From positions 1-64,000 of IMG/VR virus record IMGVR_UViG_3300021091_000027: DNA of 64,000 nucleotides. One strand, given 5' to 3'. A program made the position numbers and the translations under genes. Below, piece after piece: positions 18,205-28,711 of this stretch (position 1 is its first letter; each line of letters starts with the position of its first letter). Under the pieces are notes generated by a model. The model saw only the letters and a list, made by a program, of their open reading frames with translations. It was not told the DNA's origin and made no database searches. This stretch comes from a virus.

Positions 18205-19058
18205 TTGTGGGAGAACCGTTTAAGGACATACTTATATTTTATGATGGACTAGGTAATACTAATGTATCCTGGGTATTAGATAGTCGATTCGATGATCCTT
18301 TTCCCCATGTGTTTGCTTTGGAGTTTTGTGCCAATGAAGCAGGATTTGAGGCAAACGAATATTTGACAATAGCAGAAGGCAATAACGTTGTTCAACTCTC
18401 AGATTCAGTGTTTAGAACTGCCGGAATGACCAATACCGCATTCTATAGAGTGCGTCTCACCACTTCTGCTGGAAAATATTACTCTCCAATAAAAGGACTA
18501 GGTGGAAATGTCGACAGATCTCATATTGGATTATTGCGAGAATTACTAAGAAAAGAAGCCATATTATTCAGAAAGGACAGAGGGGGAGTTCATGGATACT
18601 TATTTAAAAAGCGATACTATGGTCCAAGATGCACTTGCCACGATAAAAATACAGGGACGCTGGTTACTAATACCTGTATAAAGTGCGTAGGCACTGGGTT
18701 TATAGATGGATTTTTTCCAGGAATGCCATTTCCCATACTGATAGAAAGCCAAGAAACAAGAAATTCTCAAATAACCAATGTAGGAAATGTTGACATAAGG
18801 CAACTCAGCGTTCGATGTTTTGCAAATCCGGTAGCTGATGCCAGCGATCTATGGATGGAGGCGGATACTGGAAAGGTATATCAGATCGCAAACTGCACGA
18901 TAGTTGCAAGACTCTCGTATCAGCCAATTGCCGCAAAGATGGAGATGCGGGAGCTTCCTCTTGTTGATGCAGTCTCACTGCTATTATCTACGACCAAGGA
19001 TAAGAATAATGTGGTAAGCGGCTCTTTTGTATCCTCACTTAAACCACATGGAATATAA
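18201..19058 (+). CDS. head-closure/neck protein with Zn finger
   Basis: GPRCTC..CIKCVGTGFIDGF motif; follows the adaptor gene. Confidence 0.55.
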   Translation: MIVGEPFKDILIFYDGLGNTNVSWVLDSRFDDPFPHVFALEFCANEAGFEANEYLTIAEGNNVVQLSDSVFRTAGMTNTAFYRVRLTTSAGKYYSPIKGLGGNVDRSHIGLLRELLRKEAILFRKDRGGVHGYLFKKRYYGPRCTCHDKNTGTLVTNTCIKCVGTGFIDGFFPGMPFPILIESQETRNSQITNVGNVDIRQLSVRCFANPVADASDLWMEADTGKVYQIANCTIVARLSYQPIAAKMEMRELPLVDAVSLLLSTTKDKNNVVSGSFVSSLKPHGI

Positions 19059-19240
19059 ATAATCTTAATTTTTTAATTAAACAAGATAATTACCGGAGCA
19101 AACGATACTCTAACTGTTGATTTAATTGCACTAGACATAGCCTCAAATGTATTTTCAATATTAGTGCGGTATAAGTTGGCATAGTTTGCAAATATTATTA
19201 GACTTGTTGACATAAAGAATATAGATTTTAGGAACGCAAT

Positions 19241-21112
19241 ATGGCCAACACTATTCGTATTAAACGTCGCTCATCAGACGCAACTGCACCGACCACAGCT
19301 CAGGCAGTAAATGGCGAGCTGGCATTTAATGAAAGCAATGATATTCTTTATTACGGTGAAGGCGGCGATGCTAGTGCTTCAAACTCCGTAATCAAGATCG
19401 GTGGCTCTGGTGCATTCATCACCACAGATACCACGCAAAACTCCAGTGTTATTACTGGAACAAAGACCTTCACTACAAGTACCTTTAAACTTACAGGCGG
19501 AAGCAGTGGGCAAGCCTTAACCACTGATGGCAGTGGCAATTTATCTTTTAGCCTTATTCCAGTAAATAAAGCCGGCGATAGCATGACCGGTTTATTGACT
19601 TTGAGTGCCAATCCTAGCTCTGAAATGCATGCGGCAACAAAACAATATGTAGATAGCGTTGCATCTGGTCTCGATGTTAAAGCTAGTTGTCGTGCCGCTA
19701 GCACAGCGAATCTAGCTGTTACATATTCAGCTACTGGTGGATCCTCTGGTAGAGGTGAGATAACGGGAGCCCCCAATAGCTTGGATGGAGTGGCTCTTGC
19801 TGCTAATGATAGAGTTCTTTTGAAGAATCAGACTGCCGGTGCTCAGAATGGTATTTGGGTAGTCAGCACTCTAGGAACCGGATCAAACGGTATTTGGTAC
19901 CGTGCAAGTGATTTTGATTCTGATAGCAAGGTAACTCCGGGGGCCTATGTTTATATTGAAGAAGGGTTAGCAACTGAGTACGGTTATAACAACGCTCAGG
20001 CTGCATTTGTTCTTACTACAGCCGCTCCTATTGTAATCGGTGGAACATCCGGCACTGCCTTGACCTTTGTGCAGTTTTCTGGAGTAGGGCAAATTACGGC
20101 TGGAGCAGGCCTTGTAAAGACTGGAAATACTATAGAAGTCGGCTCTTTCGGTAGCGGAAGTCTCACCATAGGCGCGGATTCAATAAATCTTACCAGCGGA
20201 ATTGCCACCACAGGAACTTATAGATCAGTGACTGTAGATACCTATGGTCGTGTAACGGGAGGTACTGCTCCAACTACTCTTTCCGGTTATGGCATTTCAG
20301 ATACGTCAGCAAATCTTGCTCTAGCAATAACCGATTTAACAGATAACTTAGTTACTATAGCAACCGAACAAAGCATTACCGGTAACAAAACATTTGACGG
20401 ACTCGTAACAGCTAATGCTGGAATAGAGGCACTTAATCTTACTTTGCAACCAGGTACCGAGGATGCAGGCCCATTATATTTTAATTCAGGTGATTTATTA
20501 ATAAACCAAGCAGTAAACAACATGAATGCAGGTCAAGCTGCAATAGAGTTTAATGAAAATCGCTTGTATGCGTCGAATGTTAATAACAAACGAGCTTTAA
20601 TACCAACAGAACATTTTGCCGTAATTACTACAACAAGAAGCATTAACAGCAGTAACGCTTTTCAGAATGTATTTGATAGTACTAATGCTATAATCACACT
20701 CGCACCAAGTACAACATATACCTTTGAAGGACTTTATCGAATTGCTAGTGGTACTGTGTCGCACACTACCCAAGTAATATTTAGTGAGGTAGGTTTTGGT
20801 GGAACGGCGGGAACGTGGTATTGGTTTGCACTTACTCACGGTGGAACAGCGGGTAATACTACCCGCACTCAAGATACTGTACATTTTACAACCGCTGCGG
20901 GTGGTGCTGTAAATGCTACTTCCACCAATGCCTTAATAACCGTTTTGTTCCGTGGTGTAGTTACAACACCCAGTGATTACAACTCAACAGTAACTCCACA
21001 AATTAGATTTAATATAGCACCCGGTGGAACAAATCAAATCGGCATAGGAACTTTCATAAAATTCTCTCCAATTGGAACTAATACGGTTCAATCGGTCGGA
21101 CCATGGAGCTAA
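19241..21112 (+). CDS. phage fibre protein (neck/head/tail fibre)
   Basis: Common fibre motifs: IRIKRR..GELAFNE, HAATKQYVD, DRVLLKNQT..QNGIW, GTYRSVTVDTYGRV, PTTLSGYGISD, QSITGNKTF. Confidence 0.85.
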   Translation: MANTIRIKRRSSDATAPTTAQAVNGELAFNESNDILYYGEGGDASASNSVIKIGGSGAFITTDTTQNSSVITGTKTFTTSTFKLTGGSSGQALTTDGSGNLSFSLIPVNKAGDSMTGLLTLSANPSSEMHAATKQYVDSVASGLDVKASCRAASTANLAVTYSATGGSSGRGEITGAPNSLDGVALAANDRVLLKNQTAGAQNGIWVVSTLGTGSNGIWYRASDFDSDSKVTPGAYVYIEEGLATEYGYNNAQAAFVLTTAAPIVIGGTSGTALTFVQFSGVGQITAGAGLVKTGNTIEVGSFGSGSLTIGADSINLTSGIATTGTYRSVTVDTYGRVTGGTAPTTLSGYGISDTSANLALAITDLTDNLVTIATEQSITGNKTFDGLVTANAGIEALNLTLQPGTEDAGPLYFNSGDLLINQAVNNMNAGQAAIEFNENRLYASNVNNKRALIPTEHFAVITTTRSINSSNAFQNVFDSTNAIITLAPSTTYTFEGLYRIASGTVSHTTQVIFSEVGFGGTAGTWYWFALTHGGTAGNTTRTQDTVHFTTAAGGAVNATSTNALITVLFRGVVTTPSDYNSTVTPQIRFNIAPGGTNQIGIGTFIKFSPIGTNTVQSVGPWS

Positions 21113-21136
21113 AAGGTAATTATTTTATTAATAATC

Positions 21137-21268
21137 AATTACTCTTATCAAGATGTGATAAATCTATTGACAGATCTGAAAGTAACAAAATATGAAATCA
21201 TAGAAAACGACAACTATGACAGAGAAGAGTATTTTGTTGTAATCCACCGAAAAGTAGGACAATCTTGA
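21137..21268 (+). pseudogene. 3' remnant of a methyltransferase paralog
   Basis: Translates as NYSYQDVINLLTDLKVTKYEIIENDNYDREEYFVVIHRKVGQS*, matching the C-terminus of the next gene (NLLTDLGIIKFDIAEYDGLDRYEYFV). Its stop overlaps that gene's TTG start. Confidence 0.7.
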
Positions 21269-21840
21269 ATAACCACAATATCAAAGGTCTTTATGAAATT
21301 TATAAGGAGCCTGGCAGTAACGGCTATGGCAAAGATCTAGCTAAAAAAAGATTTGAAATACTAAGAGGGCATTCCTTTCATTCCGTGTTAGATGTAGGAT
21401 CTGGTCCTTGTTACTTACATGAGTGGTTGAAGGAAAATAAGCCAAACGTCTTATATGAAGCCGTCGATATTCGACCTGAAGCTTTGAAGCTGTGTAATTG
21501 TTGTACTTATGAAAAGATTCCTCAAAACAAAAAATACGACTTGGTGTGTCTTTTTGGAACAATTACTTACAATATTGGTGGAGACGAGCTTAAGAATAAA
21601 GTTATCTTAAAGACTCTATTACAGGCTTCAAAAAAAGTCTGTAATTCTATTTTAATATTTACAGTATTCAAGCAAAAAGTAAAATCTGAATTATCATCAT
21701 TTATGCAAGATAAATTTGTTAACTTCGCAGAGGTAGAGTTAAGAAATTTATTAACTGATTTAGGTATAATTAAGTTTGATATTGCTGAGTACGATGGTTT
21801 AGACAGATACGAGTATTTTGTTACATGTAAAATAGCTTGA
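21265..21840 (+). CDS. class I SAM-dependent methyltransferase
   Basis: SVLDVGSG motif I, YEAVDI motif II, KYDLVCLFGT. Confidence 0.85.
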   Translation: MNNHNIKGLYEIYKEPGSNGYGKDLAKKRFEILRGHSFHSVLDVGSGPCYLHEWLKENKPNVLYEAVDIRPEALKLCNCCTYEKIPQNKKYDLVCLFGTITYNIGGDELKNKVILKTLLQASKKVCNSILIFTVFKQKVKSELSSFMQDKFVNFAEVELRNLLTDLGIIKFDIAEYDGLDRYEYFVTCKIA

Positions 21841-21874
21841 TTATTTCTTTCTATCAAGATATACTTTAACTACT

Positions 21875-22540
21875 ATGGAGCTAAACACTACAGAGATTGA
21901 TAAGCCCTTAGAGCTAAGCTCAGAAGAGCCTCTGTATTGTCAATTTCCGAATAGATTAGCAGTAACTGGAATCATACTAGACTGCCTGCGTCAATTATTT
22001 TTAAATTCAAACAATTTAACGCATCCCTTAATTAAAGATTTCTTTTGGGCGGCAGATCAAACCCCCAATGCGCTTAAAGCTCCATTTCAGCTAATAATTG
22101 AAGATTCATTTTTCTTTGATGTGCAAAAGACCGGCATACGTCCAGCTATAATTGTAAAAGCTGGAACATGGCAAGAGTCTAAGCTTGTAATTGGCGATAA
22201 TGGAATGAATGGAGAGACGTATTACAAAAAAATAACCGGATCTCACGCCATTCAAATTATAGCAAAAAGTATATCTCAGGCTGAGCTTATTGCAAGAGAA
22301 GTTCATGGCTATTTGAGCCACTTTGGCCCAATCCTGAGAGAATGGATAGATTTTTCAAAATGGGAGGTCCCAAACATAGGGGAGCCGACCGAACTTGAAG
22401 AGCAGGCGGAAAATGTGGTAATTCCTATTACATTAAACTATGAAATCGTATATTCCTGGGAACTTCACCCGGAAACCTCTCGTTTGCTGAGAAATATAGC
22501 ACTAAATGCTATAATAACCAACACAAATACCAATACCTAA
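21875..22540 (+). CDS. putative tail completion/terminator protein
   Basis: RPAIIVK..AELIAREV pattern; directly upstream of the sheath gene. Confidence 0.5.
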   Translation: MELNTTEIDKPLELSSEEPLYCQFPNRLAVTGIILDCLRQLFLNSNNLTHPLIKDFFWAADQTPNALKAPFQLIIEDSFFFDVQKTGIRPAIIVKAGTWQESKLVIGDNGMNGETYYKKITGSHAIQIIAKSISQAELIAREVHGYLSHFGPILREWIDFSKWEVPNIGEPTELEEQAENVVIPITLNYEIVYSWELHPETSRLLRNIALNAIITNTNTNT

Positions 22541-22559
22541 TTAGGAGCATGACCGAACT

Positions 22560-25382
22560 ATGGCCAGCCCAAAACCAGCCGTAATTGTTAGAAGAGAATT
22601 TGAAGCCACCCCTGACGTCGTAGCACAACAGCTTCGTGCGTGTATTGTAGGACCCTCTTGCCAATTGGTAAGATTCAAGGAGTCTTCAGAAAAGAATAAA
22701 GGCTTTATTGCTGCCTTCAACTCAGATCCAAGTACAGGCAACGGAGATTTAAAAGCGTTGATGTCAGCGGATGCGAGTTACTCTATTCCCAATCTGCAGT
22801 CTACCTCGTTCCTGGATCTCAGCTATACTAAGGTATTTGCTGAAGATGCACTTTTAACTTATGCACATATTGCAAGCGATGCGGCGGCGGGTTTTTCGGT
22901 GACGGCAAACGCAAATTCAATAGCATTGGAAAACGCTTCGTGGAAGGGCGCAGGCAGATATAGTGCACTTGTTCAAGATGTTGCTGTAGGAGATATTATT
23001 CAGTTCTATACATCTGCCGGGCTTCAGCATACCTCTACTGTATCTGGATTCACAGCTGCTGCTGGATCAAGCTCTTCGATTGGAACAATTGGAGTCAATT
23101 CTGCTCCAACAAACTCTGCAGCAACTACTGTTGTTAGCCCCGCTACTATTTCAATTGGAGGGGCGACCGTAACGATAAGTACAACCAATTATCTTGGAGG
23201 CACAGCTAATCCCACTAGTGCTCAGTACGCAGCCGATCCAAGAATCGTTGGAAAGCTCTCAACTCAATATACAGTAACTATCACCGGACATAGCAGCACC
23301 GGCGTAAGCTACACCGTTGTTTCCGATACAGGGCTTGACAACTTAGTTGCATTAGATAAGCCTGGATCGGGAGGCGCCGCAGTTTCGTTTCCGAGTGGAG
23401 CGACTATCCAATTAGGTTTTAGTAGCCTTCCCCCAGTGGGCTCTCAAACTACGTTTACAATTACTCCTCTTCACACACGACAAACAATAGCTACAGCTGG
23501 CTCTAGCTTTATCGTTGGGGGATCTATCTCTGCTACAGCGCCATCGACTACCTATATCATCACTTGCACTAAGGGGGGCAGCTTAAAGAACTCCACCGCC
23601 AATAATCCAGGAGTTACCTTCAAGGTATTTACCAATAACGGAGCTGATAGTCCCGGCAATTTCACACTTACTGGAGCAGCTAGCCAATCAGTAAGTATTG
23701 GAAACTACGGCCTTACGTTGACAAGCAGCGGCACAGCAGCGATTAGTGTTTACGCTAATGGCTTTGTAAAGGGCGACACCTTTAGCATAACGCTGAATCC
23801 CGCATCTTCTGGAAACATAAAGACTCTAGTCTTTGCAGATGCGGCCCCAGCAACAATTGCGGAGAATACGGCGAATAGAGTGCGTTTGTCCAAAAAGAAG
23901 ACAGTGGAAATTCCTGCAGAATCTGGAGTCGTCAACTGGACCATTACTGATCCAACTTCTGCGGCAGATGCCAAGATTAAGTTGGAAAATATAATGACTA
24001 TGCGTGACTCCTCCGTAAATGCAGGAGGTACGGAAATAAACATCACGGCAGGAAAGTTTTATATTCAGTATCGTGCTTTCCAGGCTATTCCAAGAGAGGT
24101 TGGATCGGTAAATACCCTATCCGACATTACCACTCAGCTGGGGACCATTGATCCAGATAACTTTCTGGCCTACGGTGTATTCAAAGCTTTCTCAAATGCT
24201 AACGGAGCCACTGTTCACTTTATCCCAACTGTCTCTCCCTCTTTAGGTGGCAGTAGAGGATTCGCTGATGCGCTATCTTTGGCGAAGGGCAACAGAAACT
24301 GCTACAGCCTTGTTCCCCTGTCGTCCGACAGTAACGTATGGGATGCCTTTGTAGCTCATGCAAAGGACGAGTCCGCCCCTGAAGTTGGAAGATTCCGCAT
24401 TGTATGGATTGCCCCTGAAATCGACCAGCATAACAAGATTCTTGACAAGGATTCTTCAAACAACGATATCTTGGTGACTTCTGGCTCTTCTTCATACTCT
24501 AGCGGAAAATGGCAAATTGATACCGCTCAGTCCACTAAGTTTACAGAAAATGTTCAGGCTGGCGACTGGGTCAGAATTATAACCGGTTTAACTTCTCAGG
24601 GACAGGAGACATTTAAAGAATACAAAGTATTTGCAGTGCTGGATAACAACAGCTTAGTTATTGATGTAGGTAGCGAGACATTGAGTTGGACTAATCAAAA
24701 GATTGAAATTTTCCGAGATCTAAGTGCAGCTGCTTTGGCAACTAAATACATTCAAGTCGCTGGGGGTTTCAGCTCTGAGCGCGTATTTGCAGTTGTTCCA
24801 GATCGTGGAGTTAACGGTCTTAGAGTTGGCGGCCTTTCTGTAAAGAATTGGAATATTGCTTGCGCCTTTGCAGGTCTTCGTTCCGGCTCCCGCCCTCAGC
24901 AGCCATTATCTAATGTTGAATTACTCGGATTTGATGGGGTTAATATTTCCACACCTGTATTTGATGAGGCAGAACTCAACATTCTTCGTGATGGCGGAGC
25001 CTGGGTTGTCCGCAATAACGAGGAGGGGAGAATATACGCAGAGCGTCAATTGTCGACTTCTACGCTTGACATCTTCCGCAAGGAGCAGTCAGTGACCTCT
25101 AATATTGACTCTATCTCCTTTACGCTTTCCGATTCTCTCAGGAGTCTAGTGGGCAGAGTTACCATCACTAAAGATACTACGGCACTGGTGGCAGCTATAA
25201 TTGAGAAAACCCTATTACAGTTATCCGCTACTGCAGGCGCACTGACTGTAGGGCCTCAGCTAAACAGCTTCACAATTGGCGGTATAACTGTTCCAGCAAC
25301 TGCAAAAGATACCCTAATAGTTCGTGTATCTGTTGCCGTACCGCTGCCGATGAACCTTATCGATATAACTCTTGTAATTTAA
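22560..25382 (+). CDS. contractile tail sheath protein with large beta-rich insertions
   Basis: Sheath-like C-terminus (PQQPLSN..ELNILRDGG..ERQLST..VPLPMNLIDITL); N-terminal PAVIVRRE..CIVGP; AGGAG RBS; followed by a tube-sized gene. Confidence 0.85.
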   Translation: MASPKPAVIVRREFEATPDVVAQQLRACIVGPSCQLVRFKESSEKNKGFIAAFNSDPSTGNGDLKALMSADASYSIPNLQSTSFLDLSYTKVFAEDALLTYAHIASDAAAGFSVTANANSIALENASWKGAGRYSALVQDVAVGDIIQFYTSAGLQHTSTVSGFTAAAGSSSSIGTIGVNSAPTNSAATTVVSPATISIGGATVTISTTNYLGGTANPTSAQYAADPRIVGKLSTQYTVTITGHSSTGVSYTVVSDTGLDNLVALDKPGSGGAAVSFPSGATIQLGFSSLPPVGSQTTFTITPLHTRQTIATAGSSFIVGGSISATAPSTTYIITCTKGGSLKNSTANNPGVTFKVFTNNGADSPGNFTLTGAASQSVSIGNYGLTLTSSGTAAISVYANGFVKGDTFSITLNPASSGNIKTLVFADAAPATIAENTANRVRLSKKKTVEIPAESGVVNWTITDPTSAADAKIKLENIMTMRDSSVNAGGTEINITAGKFYIQYRAFQAIPREVGSVNTLSDITTQLGTIDPDNFLAYGVFKAFSNANGATVHFIPTVSPSLGGSRGFADALSLAKGNRNCYSLVPLSSDSNVWDAFVAHAKDESAPEVGRFRIVWIAPEIDQHNKILDKDSSNNDILVTSGSSSYSSGKWQIDTAQSTKFTENVQAGDWVRIITGLTSQGQETFKEYKVFAVLDNNSLVIDVGSETLSWTNQKIEIFRDLSAAALATKYIQVAGGFSSERVFAVVPDRGVNGLRVGGLSVKNWNIACAFAGLRSGSRPQQPLSNVELLGFDGVNISTPVFDEAELNILRDGGAWVVRNNEEGRIYAERQLSTSTLDIFRKEQSVTSNIDSISFTLSDSLRSLVGRVTITKDTTALVAAIIEKTLLQLSATAGALTVGPQLNSFTIGGITVPATAKDTLIVRVSVAVPLPMNLIDITLVI

Positions 25383-25396
25383 AAAAAGGATAATAA

Positions 25397-25888
25397 ATGG
25401 CAAATTCGGACATTTTTGGAAAAACAGCTAAAAAAGCACAATCGGGGAAAGGCTTTAGCATTGATAAAGCTACAATGACCTTTACCGGTATGGATTCAGC
25501 TAAAGGTCTTTTGGTGCAAAATGTTCAAATCGCGTATCAACAGCAAGTTAGCTTTATATATGATCTAGCTAGTCCAGAGGACGTATATTATGTATCAGGT
25601 CGTACTTCTGGAACTGCATCCATTGGTAAAATGGTTGGACCTTCAGGCTTGATGGTCGAGTTCTATAACAAATATGGAAATGTTTGTAAGGCAGGAGAGA
25701 CTATTGTGTTTGGTGGTTTAGCTGGATGCACTGAGTCGACCGAAATAGAAGGATCCAAATTAACTTTGATAAATCCAATTGTAACTCAAATTGGCATTTC
25801 GCTTAGCATAGATACTGCGTTAATTAATGAGAATATTCAGATTATGTTCTCATCTTTGCTCTCAGGCGCTGGACAAGCTACCGAATAG
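25397..25888 (+). CDS. tail tube protein
   Basis: 163 aa directly after the sheath; LVQNVQIAYQQQVSFIYDL..YYVSGR; strong RBS and downstream hairpin. Confidence 0.75.
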   Translation: MANSDIFGKTAKKAQSGKGFSIDKATMTFTGMDSAKGLLVQNVQIAYQQQVSFIYDLASPEDVYYVSGRTSGTASIGKMVGPSGLMVEFYNKYGNVCKAGETIVFGGLAGCTESTEIEGSKLTLINPIVTQIGISLSIDTALINENIQIMFSSLLSGAGQATE

Positions 25889-25954
25889 ACCGGCTAAGCA
25901 TAAAGTACAATAACTCTAACAGTTTGAATTTGTCTAACTAGTTATAGACGATAT

Positions 25955-25987
25955 ACTAGGCTCTGGAAACGGAGCCTAGTTTATTTT
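25955..25987 (+). terminator. intrinsic terminator after tube gene
   Basis: actaggctctg-gaaa-cggagcctagt (one G-U pair) followed by ttatttt. Confidence 0.75.
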
Positions 25988-28708
25988 ATGAGTCTACCTA
26001 CTAACTCTACCAAAATTGCAGCAAATGCAGGGGCTGCAGTATTCTCAAAAAAATATGACAACTATGTTAGGGATGGGGAGCTGTCTCAAAGAAAAAACTT
26101 CTCCAGCCAGGTATTTCTTGCAACTATTTTAGAGGTAAATCAGCAGCTTCAATGTTATAGAATCAGAGTTGGAGGGTTGCCAGATATGATTGCAACCTCT
26201 ATTCAACCATTTGGAAAGACTTCTGATGGGGCATTCTCCACCATTAGCAGCAGTCTATACGGTGTGGGTACTAGAGTACTGGCAATACTGACTCCTGCAT
26301 TGGGCGTAAATCAAGCTCTTATACTTGGGTCTCCGGCTTCACACTTTGGTACAACAGTTGCAAAGGGCAGCCCGGAACTAATAGCCTCATCTCCAGTTGG
26401 ATCGTTTAAAGATAATATATCTTCATCTGGATTAATAAACTGCTATTTTAATAATTTTAATGATAGCCGCCCTATTGATGCTTATCCAGGCGATACCACA
26501 ATACTCAATAATCTAGGTTGTGGTTTATTTGTTGGAGCGCTTCAAGCTTCATTGATATCTGGCATGGATTGTTCCGTAGAGCTTCATTACATCGATGCAT
26601 TGCTCAGAATTAATTCCTATAATTTTGAACAAAACACAGCGGGATCCGAAACGTTGGCATATTGCGATGCAGGCGACTATACAGAAATAAAAAGATTAAA
26701 TCCCTACGTAGTAGAGTCTCTTGGAGCTTCTGGAGAGTACTCTCCAATACCTAAGGTTGAAGCCCAAATAAGATCTAAATCTCAAGATAGGGCAGAACTA
26801 ACAGGTAAATATAAACCCGAACTGGAGACACAGTTGGGGTGGTTTAGATATTCAGAATTTTCAGGATATTTGGCCAATCTAAAACTCAACTTTGTCACTG
26901 CTCCGATAGTCAAGAAAGTAAGAGATTCGGAGGATACTGAACAAGATGAGGCCGGGTTGTTCAGGGAGCATGTGGATAGTTCTGGCGCCTATAGCGTGGT
27001 GTCGGCAAAATCCATATCGCTTATCAAGGATTGCTTTATCCCCACACCTAAGGAAAAATACAGGGCGGACGATAGCCGAGGATCAAAAGTACAATCTATA
27101 TCAGAAGACAGGGAAAGCAATGCCCCAAATCTAGCCGACTATACTATAGAGGGAGCTACAAATGAAGAGGAGCACGCCTCACTATTATATTCGGCGGCAA
27201 GTTCAGATAGTGCTGCATTTAAAACCCACAGGAGCCTCGTTCACTTTAGGGAAAGAAAAGACGATTGGACGCTGAAAGAAATTGATGAAGTTGATTTAGC
27301 TGGATTTAGATCAAGCATCGATTCCAGCGGATACATAAACGCAGCAAATGGCGTTAGCAAGTCTAGATATTTTGCCAAACTTCCACAGATAGGAACTTTA
27401 AAAATAAATTCCAGGGAGCAAGTAAAGTATTTTGCCTCCAGATCTATGATAATGATGCATGAAGATGGCTCCATACATCTTCAGGATGGCTATGGGTCCA
27501 CAATAAGTATGAGGGCTGGAAGCATAGATATCTCGTGCCCCGGCGACATTACCTTACGTCCAGGTAAGAATCTTGTATCTATAGCGGGCGATTCAGTGTC
27601 CACAATTGCTGGAAACGATGTTGAGCTAAGTGCCAATCTAGGCGACTTAAGATTGCAAGCTGACCGCAATGTGTCAGTTCTGGCAGGTAATGATGGTAAA
27701 GGCGGAGTGCTGATAGAGTCCAAAGCGATCAAAAATAATCTTATATTTGAGGATAATGATACGTTTACGAATCCAAACAATAATTCTAACTTCTACGGAG
27801 GGATATGGTTCAAGGCCCCAGGCTCCTCAGTATGCACTGTTTCCAAGGAGGCCTATATTGGAAATAAAACTGATGAATGCAGGATCTATTTGGATTCGGG
27901 AGATACTTCGATTAACTTCAACGGAAGCCAGTGCATATTTGCAGCGCAGCAGTCTATGTTTTGCACAAATTTTGACAGTCCTGAAGCTGGAACAAACTTC
28001 CTTATAAATCAATCAGGCTTGTCTCTTCAGACAAGAGGGGGATTTTTTATGGAGTCAGAGTTCTTTATGGCTTCTGGAAAGTCTTCCGACATAAATTTCT
28101 ATATTGACGGATCAGCGATTTTCTCCAGGACTCTTATGGCACGGTCGTTTGCCGCCACGAATCCGCAAATTGCAGATCTGGAAGAGGACGATTTAAAGCT
28201 TGATAGATCTGTTCAAGAATCTATATCCAATTTTTCAAAAGGAGTTTTAGAAATAGTTGAAGCACAAAAAGAGATCTACGATCTTATAGATAAATCTGTA
28301 GTTGGTAAGTCAGACAGCACTCTTAAGAATCTGACTTTCTGCTATCCGGACTCTGATCTTAGAGGAATACCGGACGCCGTGAAGTATGTTCTATTTCAAT
28401 CTGATTGGCAGCAGCAGTATAAAGCACAAAGTGTCGGAGAGCCTATGATATTTAAAGGCGTGGACACATCTGTGGAGGCTGGAACTACCTCTCAGGGCGT
28501 TTCTAGTGACAAGACTTATTTTTGGCCTGGTGCAGAAGCTTTGGTTAGAAAGTTTGGAAAATTTAATTCTAATAAAAGATATGTTGATGATAAACTAAGA
28601 TTCAACAAAAATGGATATGATCAGCCTGTATCAATAGATCCCGAGGCAGCCAGCTTCCAGGATAATTATGTAGTCATTTCTAAAAACGGACTCAGAACAA
28701 AGGAATAA
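25988..28708 (+). CDS. baseplate central spike-like protein (gp5/gpV/VgrG-like)
   Basis: N-terminal OB-fold-like segment (ATILEVN..YRIRV..GVGTRVL) and beta-helix-type repeats (HEDGSIHLQDGYGSTISMRAGSIDISCPGDITL..GNDVELSA..DRNVSVLAG). Confidence 0.65.
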   Translation: MSLPTNSTKIAANAGAAVFSKKYDNYVRDGELSQRKNFSSQVFLATILEVNQQLQCYRIRVGGLPDMIATSIQPFGKTSDGAFSTISSSLYGVGTRVLAILTPALGVNQALILGSPASHFGTTVAKGSPELIASSPVGSFKDNISSSGLINCYFNNFNDSRPIDAYPGDTTILNNLGCGLFVGALQASLISGMDCSVELHYIDALLRINSYNFEQNTAGSETLAYCDAGDYTEIKRLNPYVVESLGASGEYSPIPKVEAQIRSKSQDRAELTGKYKPELETQLGWFRYSEFSGYLANLKLNFVTAPIVKKVRDSEDTEQDEAGLFREHVDSSGAYSVVSAKSISLIKDCFIPTPKEKYRADDSRGSKVQSISEDRESNAPNLADYTIEGATNEEEHASLLYSAASSDSAAFKTHRSLVHFRERKDDWTLKEIDEVDLAGFRSSIDSSGYINAANGVSKSRYFAKLPQIGTLKINSREQVKYFASRSMIMMHEDGSIHLQDGYGSTISMRAGSIDISCPGDITLRPGKNLVSIAGDSVSTIAGNDVELSANLGDLRLQADRNVSVLAGNDGKGGVLIESKAIKNNLIFEDNDTFTNPNNNSNFYGGIWFKAPGSSVCTVSKEAYIGNKTDECRIYLDSGDTSINFNGSQCIFAAQQSMFCTNFDSPEAGTNFLINQSGLSLQTRGGFFMESEFFMASGKSSDINFYIDGSAIFSRTLMARSFAATNPQIADLEEDDLKLDRSVQESISNFSKGVLEIVEAQKEIYDLIDKSVVGKSDSTLKNLTFCYPDSDLRGIPDAVKYVLFQSDWQQQYKAQSVGEPMIFKGVDTSVEAGTTSQGVSSDKTYFWPGAEALVRKFGKFNSNKRYVDDKLRFNKNGYDQPVSIDPEAASFQDNYVVISKNGLRTKE

Positions 28709-28711
28709 ATT

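Noticed and set aside
21110-21268. Stop read-through extending the fibre protein into the in-frame downstream peptide
   Set aside because: TAA is a poor read-through codon, and the peptide is better explained as a methyltransferase remnant.
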